This document shows positions 12,174 through 24,547 of a stretch of DNA of 64,000 nucleotides, piece after piece. This DNA comes from Camelus ferus. Lineage: Eukaryota. Made by a program: the position numbers and the translations under genes. The notes beneath the pieces are model-generated. The model did not search any database. It was not told the DNA's origin and worked only from the letters and a program-made list of their open reading frames with translations. How positions within the stretch are numbered: position 1 is the first letter of the stretch; each line of letters begins with the position of its first letter. The stretch is taken from NCBI RefSeq assembly GCF_009834535.1, contig NC_045697.1:56794001-56858000 (forward strand), read 5' to 3'.

Positions 12174-13440
12174 GGTCAAGATAGTAGAGTAGGAGGATTC
12201 TGGGTTCACCTTCTCTCACAAACACAAAACTACAACATATAGAGTAATTCTTGCTGAAATATACCTGGAGATTAGGAGAACAGCTCTCGTACAATAAAGG
12301 CTATAAAGAGGAATCTACATGAAGTCAGATAAGAAGAAAGGAGAATAAATCTGGTCAGGACTCACACCACAAGTCAGGAGACAGAGAAGGGGCATATCTC
12401 AGGCTCAGGGACCCTCCCTGGGGAGTGAGGAGCTCAGGCCACATATTAGGCACCTAAGCCCTGAGGACTGACAGTGGGAAGACCCAATACCCCTTAGCTG
12501 GTTTGAAAACCAGTGGGACTTACCAAAGGGCTATAAGAAACCGAGACTCTGCTCTTGAAGAGCATGCACAGATTTGCTTACTTCTGGTCATAGCAACTGA
12601 GGCAGTAGATTGAAAATTGCCTGGGGCTCTGGTCAGCTTGCCAGGGCCACACCAGTATACCCTTAGCCCACACTGGGCACCTACAACAGTGGTCTTAAAT
12701 GACACAATAGGCCAGCTGAACTTAATAGATATCTACAGGACATTTTATCCCAAAACAGCAGAATACACATTCTTTTCAAGCGTACGTGGAATGTTCTTCA
12801 GGACAGATCACATGTTAGACTACAAAACACACCTCAACGAATTTAAGAAGATAGAAATTACATCAAACATTTTTTCCAACCACAGTGGTATGAAACTAGA
12901 AATCAATTACAGGAAGTAAAATGAGAAAAACACAAACACGAGATACTAAACAACACACTACTGAAAAAATCCCAGTGAGTCAATAAGGAAATCAAAGAGG
13001 AAATCAGAAAATATCTCAAGACAAATGAAACTAAAATCACAATTTTTCAAAATCTAAGGGACACAGCAAAAGTAGATCTTAAGAGGAAAGTTTCTAGCAA
13101 TATAGGCCTATATCAGAAGAAATTTAAAAAAATCTCAAATAAACCTCCTAACCTACCATCTAAAGGATTTAGAACATGCCAAACAATTCGGATAACATAG
13201 AATAAATGGGTAGATTCTTAGAAACATACAAGTTTCCAAGACTGAATCAGGAAGAAATAGATAATTTGAACAAAATGATCACTAGCATTTAAACTGAATC
13301 AGTAGTAAGACAAAACAAAACAAACAAACAAAAACCTCCCAACAAAGAAAAGTCCAGGACCAAACAACTTTATAGGTGAATTCTACCAAACATATAAAGA
13401 TGAGTTAATACTTAATACTTCTCAAACTTTTCCAGAAGTA
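12174..13440 (+). mobile_element. Internally deleted LINE-1: 5'UTR joined directly to degenerate ORF2 (endonuclease C-terminal part onward)
   Basis: 5'UTR start 'caagatagtagagtaggaggattctgggttcaccttctctcac'. From ~12685 it translates as LNDTIGQLNLIDIYRTFYPKTAEYTFFSSVRGMFFRTDHML...IFSNHSGMKLEIN, matching L1 ORF2p APE endonuclease (SDH motif reads SNH). Stops follow downstream. Confidence 0.9.
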
Positions 13441-14099
13441 AATTTGAAACATTGAACACAACTGTTAATTCCACCACAGCCTTTACTTGTAAATGTCCTC
13501 TCTGTTCTCATGTTATTCACACACTGATCATAGTCATGATCATCTCTTAAATTCCTGAAATGAGATAGGATTTTATAAAAGCTGACCTTTTCCTTCTTGT
13601 ATCTACATACCATTTCAGTACCAAATCCAACTATTTTTACCTTTAATATAATTTTTTTCTTTTCCTTTTTTATTGCATACAGCCACCATACATTTCGATG
13701 TTTATTGCTTTATAATTTTATTACTCTAACCAATTTCTAAATAAAGTCTCTGTTCCTGGGTTTTCCCTCTCTGTATCATACTCTATGCTTGGATTTGTCT
13801 CTTAGTTCTTCTTTTGACATTGTGCATATCTAATCACACTCTTCAGTGATTAAACATTTGTGGTTAGGGCTATGCTGGATCCTAATAATTATGCAGAGAA
13901 CTTGACATGACTGGTGCCTTCATTCAAGGCGCCTATCTTTTCAAATAGAAGCCAGATAATTAAGCAAAAGATCACAATAAAGTGAGATGCCTATTTTGAA
14001 AGGGAAAGAATCTTCCAAATATTCTCACCATACCACATAAATAACTACTCCACTGAAATTTGGAATCCTTTCTTACATAATCATATTGTAAATACATGG

Positions 14100-14200
14100 A
14101 TCCATATGCCATAAAACTCCTAGAGTAAAATATAGGCAGAACACTCTTTGACATAAGTCACAGCAATATTTTTTGGATCCATTTCCTAAAGTAAAAAAAA
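14100..14200 (+). mobile_element. Short LINE-1 ORF2 fragment
   Basis: 'ccataaaactcctagagtaaaatataggcagaacactctttgacataagtcacagcaatattttttggatc'. Confidence 0.8.
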
Positions 14201-15344
14201 AGTCAAATTTCCTAAAGTTAAAATGGGGACTTAAAGTTATGACAGGAAGCACTCAGCTGAAAGCTATGTCACCTCTTTTTGAGCCGGGTGTGCACCCCAA
14301 GCTTTGACACACGCCTGAATTAGAAAAACTGTAAGTCACACTTCCCTCCCAGTAACAGAAATTTCCTGGGTATTTGATCCAGTCTATAGCATCCAGCCTA
14401 ATACGCATGCCTAGAGATTGCACAAAAGTTTTTTCTCAGATGACTTCCCATATTTTCCAGAAGACATGGCCACTGTAGTTATATCTGACATTTATTAGCT
14501 GTCATTTGGTGAACAGTGGCATCTAAAAAGAATGGCATCTTCCCCTTGGGAAAGATCTTCAATATGTGCAGCTTATGTAACATAAAAGTCTATCATTTGA
14601 ACATTCATTAAAAATTAAATTCATAATCTGCACACATTCTGAAATATCCTTTTTTAAATGGTGTCATTTTGTAGTTATTTATCTATCCAGCTGCTATTTT
14701 TTTCTATTGTTTACTGATTTTCTCTTATTTGCCTAAGAACAATTTTCCTAAATTTGGCTTTTGGATATTTTTGTCCAGTCATATTCATCTGTATCTTACA
14801 CTTTGAGTGACAACTATCTTGTAATGAATTATTTCTTTTCATACTCATCAAAAAATACTCTTAGTACAATAATAATCTAAAACTGCAACTAATGCTTTCC
14901 ACCATTTTCTGTAGCACTCTGCTTCCATAACTTGCCTTGACTCCCTATTTTAATTTTTTTCCTTTTTCTTCTCAGAATTACTTTGAACTCAGTTATACCT
15001 AACATAGTTATTTGAGCATCCATCTATTTGTAACAGGTTTAATATACTTTCTCACTTTAGAGTAGTATCTTTCTCCCTTTAACATTTCAAATTCATATAG
15101 AAGAAAATGACTTTCTAAAAGTATAGAATAACTCATATTTTAAAAAAATTTACTCACTAAAATCCATCAGCTGTCTTTATAGGTGACAAGTAGTGAAGTG
15201 CATTCTATAGTTAAAATTTTCCAGTCAGTCTTTGTCAGCATGGCAGTTGCCTACTGCTGGGCTTGCCACCTGCTACGCTATAGCACACGGTGGCTAATGA
15301 GTTATGAGGATGCCAAGGATCCTCGTCTCAGCGAGACAGCAGAC

Positions 15345-15835
15345 TGCAGCGTGCTGAATATTGGCTTCCAAAATTCATGTCTACTCAGAACCTCAGAATG
15401 TGACTTTATTTGAAATAAGGCCTTTGTATTATCATAATCATAATATATTAATTAATATAAGGATCAAGATAATATTCTAGCTTAGTATGGGTTCTAAAAG
15501 CAATAAAAGTGTCCTTATAGGGGACAGACAAGGACACACAGAAACACACAGAAACACAGAGAATAAGGCAATGTAAAATTGGAGGCAGAGATTGGAGTGA
15601 GGCATCTATAAGCCAAGAAACCCTGAGGATTGCCAGCAACCTCCAGGAGCTAGTAGAAGAGCATGGGCTGGTTTCTCTCTTAGAGCCTCTGGAAGGAACC
15701 AGCCCTGAGGACACTTTGATTTCAGACTTCTGGTTTCCTGAATTGTGATACAATTAATTTTTCTTGTTTTTAAGACATCCTGTTTGTGGAAATTCATTAT
15801 TCTATTCATTATAGAAGTTTTACGAAACTAACGCA
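15345..15835 (+). mobile_element. MaLR solo LTR (MLT1B/C-like)
   Basis: TG...CA ends; 'aaaattcatgtctactcagaacctcagaatgtgactttatttgaaataagg', 'agagcctctggaaggaaccagccctg', 'ttcagacttctgg'. Confidence 0.88.
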
Positions 15836-16779
15836 GATGTTTAGTGAGGTTTGTGGACATAAATTCAGCATGAAAGAAAACAGTATCATTGTGGATTCTA
15901 TTCAATAACATCATGTTGCATATGAGAAAAGGCAAGAGAGGTAATATCAGTAATAGTAATAGTAACAAATTTTTATTAATGCCCTAGTGAAGGAATTTGC
16001 TTTTCCTCTAAATCCTCACATATTCAGAGCCTGGAGGTGAAGTAGATATTGCTTCCTATTGCTTTTCCAAAGTGTTTTCCCCCCATCTTCATATCATCAC
16101 ACTTTATCATCTGCAGTATCTCATTATTGCTGTCTTCTCTAGGTATCTTAGTCTTGTACTCTATTCCCAGATAATTCTAGCAGTTTTTTCCCTTTCTTCT
16201 CCCTACATTCAAACCCTTCACCATGTTTGGGGGCTTTAGCATCTACATGGGGTGGTCAGACGCTTAATTCTAATGGTGTTTTCTTAACTCTGCCACAGTC
16301 TTCCTCTTTTTATGGTTATATTCCTGATGGTTAGGTTATTGCCAACACTATACCACTTTCATACCACATAGTTATACCACTACAGCACCTTCAGATACCT
16401 TAATCTCCTAACTGTGCAGCTTATATACACTAGTACTATCTTTCTAGTATTTCTTTGATTTTATTAAGATCTTGAACACTTTGATTCATCACTTCATTCT
16501 TTCATGAAGTATCCAGTCCCATGCCTTTACATTCCTCCTTGATTAGACTTAGCTACAATGAATTTCATGGCAAATCATTATTTTCACTCCCTTTTGCTTC
16601 CCAGGGTACAGTTTTATTGTATGTTATTCCTTTTGTTCGACATGCGCTGCTTAGACTTACCGAACATGCCTCCAGTATACCGCACCATCACAGCAATAGG
16701 CTCAAGTTACAGAATCTCATGATGATCCCTACCTCAAGTTCACAGGTGACTTTTCATGCTCCAAACAGCTATTAATTAG

Positions 16780-18300
16780 AAAGACATGTTGTCTCTTCCC
16801 TATATACCAATTATATGGTAGTAGAAGAGGAACAGAATAACAATAAATATTGCCATTCATAAGCTAAAAATAAGTGGAACATAGTAGTCAGTAGTCCACA
16901 GCATATATGAAACTCTGCTGTTCCCTGGTTCTGCTACCTGGGGACTAAGGTGGGGGGAGGGTGTCTGTTTTTATTTTCCATCATTGCACTTAGTAACTTC
17001 TAAATAGGGAATTGGAAAATAGCTTCCCCTTTCCACTTTTTTTTGTAGCTAAAACATTTTTCATATAGTTTCTTGTCCTTGGAAATTTAGAGATCCAGCA
17101 TAGTTTCTTATATTCCAGGCTAGTTAGTTTCTTATATTCCAGGCTAGAGGTGATTTGCCAATAGCAGGGTCTCAAGAAAAATCTGTAGATACTCTATGTG
17201 GTTGCAGTCAATTATATGAACAAATAGTCTCATCCACAATTCGTAAGAAATATGACTCTCTAGACCTAACTATAGTACCTGAGTGAATCCAGCCTCTATT
17301 GAGACCATGACCTTAAACTTTCTGGGAGCTCTTTATTTCCAGTTGAAAGGATTTAACAGGCATCATTTTGATCCTTTCAGAATTCTTGTAAAAGAGTTAG
17401 CTATGTCTTTACTGTGAGGCCACGTTTTACTGTAGCACCTTGCATTTGGCCTTTTTTCTAAGTCTGTGTTGTAATGGTCGCACTTTTGATTTGGTGAAAA
17501 ACAGCTTCTTTTCAACAATGCAATTTCTGAACTCTGTATTCTCTCTAAATTCTGCTGACATAATGGCATCATGTCCTCCTTCTAGTATTTTATAAATATA
17601 GTCAGTTAGCAACCAACTCAACTTTCAAATGTTCTGCCACACATTTTCCCCTCCAGCACTAAAATTTGTTAGATATATTTTCCTTTCTTCCAAGTTAAGG
17701 TAGGTGACAGTCTTACCAAATATTCTGCCACTACTTAACACAGGCTCACATTTTCCGAATTCTATAGCAGTTGTCTTGTTGACTACTGCTGGTTCTTAAT
17801 AATAATATCACATAGCTTTGATATGTGGTACATTTGTGACAACTTCCCCATGACCAGATGTATGCACAATATTGCTGTGTAATGAACAACTCGGAAACTG
17901 AGTAGAATGCAACTATTAGCACATGTTTCTTTTTCAAGTCTTCCTTATTTGGCTGCTTAAAACAGCAATTATTTGTTATGTCTCATGATTCTGTGGATTG
18001 CCTAAGACATTTCTGAGCTAGGTTTGTTTGCGCTAAATTATGCTAGTGGATAGAAGAGGTGCTTGACTCAGTAGCTAGGACACTGGGCCTCTCATTTATC
18101 CTGGAGTTCTTCACGATGTGACGAATTTAAGGTAGCGTTCCACGAGGGTAAAAGTGGAAGCTTCAAGATTCCTTGGAGCCTAGTTTTGTCACTTCTTCCT
18201 TGTTTTATTGCTCAAAGACAGTTAAAATGCCCAAATTTAAGAGAAAGAAAAATAAACCAACATATTGAGCAAGAAAGGGGTAAAACCACATATCAAAGGT
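16780..18300 (-). mobile_element. Partial old MaLR provirus: MLT1-type LTR (~17860-18300) plus internal region (~16780-17860)
   Basis: LTR motifs 'tattgctgtgtaatgaacaac', 'gcttaaaacagcaattatttgttatgtctcatgattctgtgg'. The adjacent sequence resembles MLT1-int ('cttccaagttaaggtaggtgacagtcttaccaaatattctgccact'). Confidence 0.6.
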
Positions 18301-18405
18301 TTTTGAAACCTTTGAAAACAATTTAGTAAAGTTATCCTTGTCCCATTGGATTTCCATGATCTTGTCAGTTTCAAAACACACACACAATCTATATATGATA
18401 CACAT

Positions 18406-18408
<3 letters not shown>

Positions 18409-18435
<27 letters not shown>
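18409..18435. repeat. (CA)n microsatellite inside an antisense L1 fragment
   Basis: Seen directly. Confidence 0.9.
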
Positions 18436-18436
<1 letters not shown>

Positions 18437-18629
18437 TGGTGCTGGTAGATTTGTTGGCATTACATTGAAACTATCAATTGGGAGATAATTGACTTATTTA
18501 AATATTAATTGTTCAATTCATGGACCTGATATATCTTCTCTTAGATTTAGGTCATTTTTAAATAGCTACTGGGAGGCAGCATTAATTTAAGTTTTTTTTT
18601 TTTTTGACACTTTCTGAGACTTTTTTTTC

Positions 18630-18697
18630 AGGATATTTTCTCTCCACAGTTAGCTGAATCTGTGCGTTCAGAACTGAGAATATGGAGGGCTGGCTAA
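18630..18697 (+). mobile_element. MER2/Tigger-family DNA transposon terminal fragment
   Basis: 'atattttctctccacagttagctgaatctgtgcgttcagaactgagaatatggagggctggct' is a CpG-decayed MER2-like end. Confidence 0.6.
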
Positions 18698-18719
18698 ACT
18701 TTTAATCAGCAACCAACAA

Positions 18720-19300
18720 ATGGCATTATCTATCTCATAGCAGGAATTCAAGTCAGGAGGTGAAAGGAGGAGTAGATCCTCTTACCATTATACCTAATAA
18801 CTACCCACAGAATTGTTGCTTCCTGTTCTCAAAACTTGGAGTTTTTCTCTTTGGGAGAGCTTGGTTCCCAAGAGAAGAATGCCTCCATGAGGGACCACAA
18901 ATACAATTCCACTGTACTGGAAGGTGAAACTGCCAGGGTGCCATTTTGTGCTTTTGCTACATTGAATCAACAAGCACAGAAGGAAGTAACAACACTTGTT
19001 GGAATATTTGATTATAATTAGCAAGGGGAAGTCTTTTCTACTATTAACAGAGTCAGGAAGGACCATGTCTGAATTTCAAGGGATTTTCTGGGTTTCCATA
19101 CATTAATTCCATTTCCAATATTCTAAGTTAAGAGAAAATTACAGCAAACAAGAACAGACAGGGCCATGGAGGATGCAGACTTTAATAACAAAATTTGTGG
19201 TCTCCTTGACATGGAAGGGGTATCAATTGAGTTCTTGCCTGTGAACAAAGGAAACATAGAATGGCCTGCGAAAGATAGGAGTTCCAAATGACAATTACAG
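18720..19300 (+). mobile_element. ERV-L internal relic: degenerate end of pol plus dUTPase
   Basis: Frameshifted translation PLTIIP..LLPV..LVPKRRMPP*GTTNTIPLYWKVKLPGCHFVLL / LNQQAQKEVTTLVGIFDYN*QGEV resembles HERV-L/MERV-L dUTPase as recalled (LVPxGGMLPPGDTTxIPLNWKLRLPPGHFGLL..QQAKKGVTVLAGVIDPDYQ). Confidence 0.85.
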
Positions 19301-19739
19301 ACTTATTAATTTACAGCAATGGATTCTACAGTAGTGTCTTGCACTTTTGCAGAAGACTGCTTTTTGTAATCGACTGTGATATCAGTGACACCACCTCCTA
19401 TTCACACCTTTTGAGTAGTTTTCCTTCACGTTGACTCTGGGTTTGGCTCTGTGATTTCCTCTGGCCAAATGAGATATATCCAACAGAATGCAAGCAGAGC
19501 CTCAATTAATGCTTTGAGTTGGATGGCATTCCTTCTCTTCAGAAGCTGTCTTGTTTTCTTGGTACCTACAGATTCCCTGGATGACCTTATTTAATTCGAT
19601 GTTTTCGTTTCTAACTATATGCAGAGTATATCTGCATTAAGATCTCCAACATCTAACCAAGATCTCTTTCTTAAGTGCTAGATAGATATTTAGCTTCCTG
19701 TTAGAAACAATTTTGACTCATCAAAACTAAACTCTTCCT

Positions 19740-20555
19740 TTAATTTTTTTGATCATAGTTATCCTAACAGGTATGAGGTGATATATCATTGTGCTTTTGA
19801 TTTGTATTTTTCTAACTATCTGCAATGTTGAGCATCATTTTTTTTTTTTATAACCTGCTGGTTCTTTGTAGGTTTTCTTTGGAAAAATACCTATTCATGT
19901 CCTTTGCGTTGAGATTTTTACTTTTTTAGTATTGAGTTGTACAAGTTTCTTAAATATAGAACCCATTATTACATATACGGTTTGCAAATACCTTCTCCCA
20001 ATCTATAGGTTGTTTTCTCATTTTGTTGTTTATTTCCTTCGCTGTGCAGAAGCTTTTTGTTTGATGTAGTCCCTTTTGTTTGTTTTTTCTTTTGTTGCCT
20101 AAACTTTTGGTGTTCTATCAAAAAAATCACTACCAAGGTGATTATGCAAAGCTAAATAAACCAGACACAAAAAGGAAACAAAAGCCTGCATGATCTCACT
20201 TACCTGTGGAATCAAAAAGTCAAACACACAGAAGCAAAGAGTAGAATCTGTCACCAGAGTGAGGGAAGTAAAGAAAACTGGGAGATGTTTGTCAGAGGGT
20301 ACAAAGTTGCAGTTTTATGGGATGAATAAGTCTAGAGATGGAATGTATAGCATGGTGACTATAGTTAATAATATTGTACAGAATACTGGAAATTTTCTAA
20401 GTATATTTCAAGTGCTATCATCACATACAAAAAATGGGAACTATGTGAGGAGATGGATATGTTAATTAGCTTGACTATGTATATATCAAGTAACCATTTC
20501 ACTATTATATGTATATTAAATCACCTTAAATATATATAATTTTATTAAAATATTA
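19740..20555 (+). mobile_element. 5'-inverted truncated LINE-1 (L1MA-like)
   Basis: An antisense L1 segment at 19740-20137 ('cctaacaggtatgaggtgatatatcattgtg', 'gctgtgcagaagctttt') joins a sense 3'UTR at 20138-20555 ('atgatctcacttacctgtggaatc', 'tagcatggtgactatagttaataat', 'caccttaaatatatataatttt'). Confidence 0.85.
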
Positions 20556-21989
20556 AATTTCAGAAACCCCATTTTCTCTACCTCTAAAACCTTCTATGTT
20601 TCTATCTTAAAACATCCAGTTGATGAAGACAGACATATAATAGTTTTTCTTACTTTTACCATTTACCTCAACAAATTACTTTCAAATATTTCAATTTTTT
20701 TTTCCCCCTGGGAAAAGAATGATCACAACAGGATTATTTCAATAGTCTCATAGCTGGTCTTTTCATTTGGTTTTAAATGTTGGTCCCTGTCCAATATACT
20801 CTCTACTAAAGTTAAATCAAATCTCCTACTGTGCAAATCTGTTATCTTAGAAGAAATCAGGAAATAAATAGTACTGCCAGAACTTTCAAGAAAGGTGTGG
20901 ACAGGAAAAAAAACATGATTAAAGAAAAGCCAGGAAATTACAGCTGAGATTTCAAATAACACTAAGCAAGATACAGCCTGAAGCATTACCTATAATTTTT
21001 GTTTGTTTTCTTGTGCATATAACTTAAGCAATTTATGAAAATAATCAGTTTCTTATATAGAGGATATTTTAAATGATTATTACACTCTAAATTTAGATAA
21101 TATTGCTTTAGGATTATTTACTTTTTCTCAAATCAGTGCATTAATAATTTTCAGTAAAAGTGACCACAATAGTTATTTCCCACAGGTTGTCTTTAAAATC
21201 TAGTTTTTAAAACAAATTCAACTGTGCCTATATAGCGTATATATAAAGGTCATCTTTTTTACACATTTTGAAAGGTGATATTTATAATGTTTGAATGATA
21301 TGTGCACAATATATTCTCATGCATTAGACTAAATTTTGCAATTTCTTAAAGTTGTTAGTTTTGACTTGAAAGATTTTAAAATAGTACTTAGCTGTACTCT
21401 ACCAGACAAAGATGTAGTCATAGAATTATTTAATTAAACAGAATATTATGGAGTCCACAAATCTCAGCAAGGGTTAGATTTACTGTAAAGAGGCATTCTA
21501 TCCCAATGAGAATGTGGCTACATGTTTACAACATTCATAGATGGATCTAAAATAAAATTAACACTACCATAGTAATGAAACCAGATCTAGTTCCTTATCA
21601 TATTAAAAATCACAGTATGTATTAAGACAAATCTACATGAATAAACTTGTTAGTGAAATCTGACTATGCATAAAATAGCAAGAAAGGTATATTATTGAAA
21701 TATGGTTAATATGTTTGAAATAAGTTTATTTCAGTATCTTTGAGGATCTTAACAAAATGGAATAGTTTCATTGTTTAAAGAAATAATTTGTGTTCTTGAA
21801 TCATATACAATGTAGATTATGTGTGGGTTTTTTGTTACTATTTGTTTACCTAAGTTAATTGTTCTGATGAAAATTGTCTTTGTTGTTAAAATATCTCATG
21901 TATTCATTCTGTTTTATTTAAAAACGATTGACAGAGTAATTGTTAGAGAGCTGATAAACTAGCTTTACCATAATTCAAATCTGTGTGGA

Positions 21990-22210
21990 TGTTCTGTAGC
22001 TAGACTTTCTTGGCTCTGTCACTTAATATCATTAATATCTATTTGGCTATTATTTAAACCTTCTATGCCTTAGTTTTCTCATCTGAAAAATGGGATTAAT
22101 GCTATACACTTCAAAGGTCTGTAATAAGGATGAATATATTCATACACAATTCACTTCTTGAAACACTACCTTGAACTAGCAGTATTCGTTAGGTGTTAAT
22201 TCTTATTATT
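21990..22210 (+). mobile_element. MIR SINE
   Basis: MIR core 'aaccttctatgccttagttttctcatctgaaaaatgggattaat'. Confidence 0.7.
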
Positions 22211-22608
22211 GGGTTTGGTAAATAATTGGTAAGGGTTGATTTACAGATGTTTCCACAGGAAAAGATAAACCCTGTGCAGTATTTTCACTTAAAATTGAGC
22301 TTGGAATAGGTTTAATCTTTTTAGATAATGGCGCTAAGAAATGTATCTTATTCTAGCTTCTGCTATCCTGATATAGTGCAAATCATCACAGATCAATGAA
22401 CACTGGTTCAAAAGCTTTGAGTTATTTGTAACTAAACTGCTTTTTAAACCAGGGTTGTTGTTGTTGTTGTTATTATTATTACTATTTTAGAGAAACTTTT
22501 TCCCTGGAAAGTTTTTAGCTTCTAAAAAGCACTATTATATTAATTGTCCTTATATCTCTATGGAGAAAATAGGGGAACTTCGCTATATTGATTAGAAAAT
22601 AATAATAC

Positions 22609-22956
22609 ATTTATTGAAGTATAGTCAGTTACAATGTGTCAATTTCTAGTGTACAGCATAATGTCCCATATATATATATATATTTATACACACACACACA
22701 CACATACATTCATTTTCATATTCTTTTTCATTAAAGGTTATTACAAGATTTTGAATAGAGTTCCCTGTGCTATACAGAAGAAATTTATTTTTTATCTGTC
22801 TTTATATATAGTAGTTAATATTTGCAAATCTCAAACTCCCAAATTTATCCTTTCCCACTTCATTTCCCCTGGTAGCCATAAGATTATTATGTCTGCAAGT
22901 CTCTTTCTGTTTTGTAGATGAGTTCATTAATGCCTCCTTTTTTTTCTCTTTTAAGT
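22609..22956 (-). mobile_element. Young 5'-truncated LINE-1 3'UTR insertion with target-site duplication
   Basis: 'ttattgaagtatagtcagttacaatgtgtc...aatagagttccctgtgctataca...tctgttttgtagatgagttcatt'. Perfect 13-bp direct repeat aaaataataatac at 22596-22608 and 22957-22969. Confidence 0.9.
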
Positions 22957-23159
22957 AAAATAATAATACTTTTTAATTTTAATTAATTCGCTCACAGTCA
23001 TTCTATGTGGGACAATCATTAACATTATTTCTCATATTTTATTAAATATAATAACAAAAGAAACAATAATAACTAGTCTACACAACTTTAAATATACTAA
23101 GAGCTTCAACATACACTTTATTTAGATAGGCAATTTTTTTCAAATTCTAGTATATTACT

Positions 23160-23517
23160 TGATGTGGTCTGAATATTTGTGTCCCCCAAAATGCATATGT
23201 TGAAATCCTAACCCTTAAAAATTATGGTATTAGAAGGCGGGTTTTGGGGAGGGCCTTAAGTCAAGGGGGTGGAGCCCTCACGAATGGGATTAGTGCCTTA
23301 CAGAAGAGACAGCACAAAGATACCTAGCAGCTTGCACTACAGGAGGACATAGCAGAAGGAAAGGCATCTGTGAACCAGGAAGCCATTCCCTGAATCCTCT
23401 GGCACCATGATCTTGGATTTTGTAGTCTCCAGAACTGTGAGAAATAAATGTCTTCTGCTTGTAAGTTACTGTGTCTGCTGTGGTATTTTGTTATAGTAGG
23501 CCAAATGGACTGAGACA
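23160..23517 (+). mobile_element. MaLR solo LTR (MLT1A-like)
   Basis: 'tgatgtggtctgaatatttgtgtcccccaaaatgcatatgttgaaatcct...ccagaactgtgagaaataaatg...atggactgagaca'. Confidence 0.9.
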
Positions 23518-24527
23518 TTTCTGAACATCATGATAGGTTTGAATCTACAAGAGTAGGCATTAAGAGTGACCCTTTATTTTTCAAGTTTATGAATTATACT
23601 TCAAGATTATTATGCGGTTGAATAAAAGGACCAAATATCCTTTATTTGGGAAGCAATCTCAATTTTGTACAGGGAGAAGAAGGGAATTGTATAAGACACG
23701 GAACTAGATAATATGATGCATTATGTTATTTAATCCTCATAACAACTTTGTAAGATTAATATTCTTAACATTATGATAAGTGAAAACAAAAAACAAAAAA
23801 ACAGATGTTAGTGATCAAGTAATGTCCCAGGACATTCAGTTAGAAAGTACCAATGTATATCTTCATTGCTCTGTCTCCAATTTCTATGTTTCATAAATTA
23901 TTTTTTTAAATACACTTCACTTCATACACATGTATTTAATTTATATATTTAAGTCATATTACATTCTATTTACATTGTCCAACTCTGAGGCTTGATTTTT
24001 TAAAAACTCACTTGAGGCATAATTATTAAAATGGAAATGTCTCCCTTGTGAAGCAGCACACATTAAATCCATTAAATAATGGTTTCATTATTACCATCAT
24101 ATCAAATAGCACAGTTCTGAAAATATGAAATGCAGGTAAATCAATGTTTTATGGAGAGAATTATTATAACATTCTCTGTTGATAGCATGTTCCTAATAAG
24201 CAGAAATGATTCATAGCATGAGGTTTTGGACAGCTAGAATTGAAAATATGTGGAATAAGAGTAATGCTAAGGGAGCTGGTACAGCAGAAAAGTATGAAAA
24301 TAAACTCAGATGATAATTTATTACATTTATATAAGTTAACTTATTCAGAGAAGTAAATATTTACATATGTATGTACATATATGTCATTTTAGATATAAAA
24401 CTAAATACAAAGGAGAAATATTTTGTATTTAATAGAATTCAAATAGACTCAACTGAAAAAAATACATCTTAAATTTAATAAAAAATTATTTTTTCAATTG
24501 AGTAGAAAGAAGGAAAAAACCTACTTA

Positions 24528-24547
24528 TGTCCACCAGAGGGTAGTAT
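24528..24547 (+). promoter_or_regulatory. Candidate CTCF binding site
   Basis: tgtCCACCAGAGGGTAGTAt versus CTCF core CCASYAGRKGGCRSYA: one mismatch. It is an isolated GC-rich motif in very AT-rich DNA. Confidence 0.6.

Noticed and set aside
12617..12919. 100-aa ORF as a functional gene
   Set aside because: It is a fragment of L1 ORF2 endonuclease fused to 5'UTR, with a non-ATG start, an altered catalytic motif and an immediate stop.
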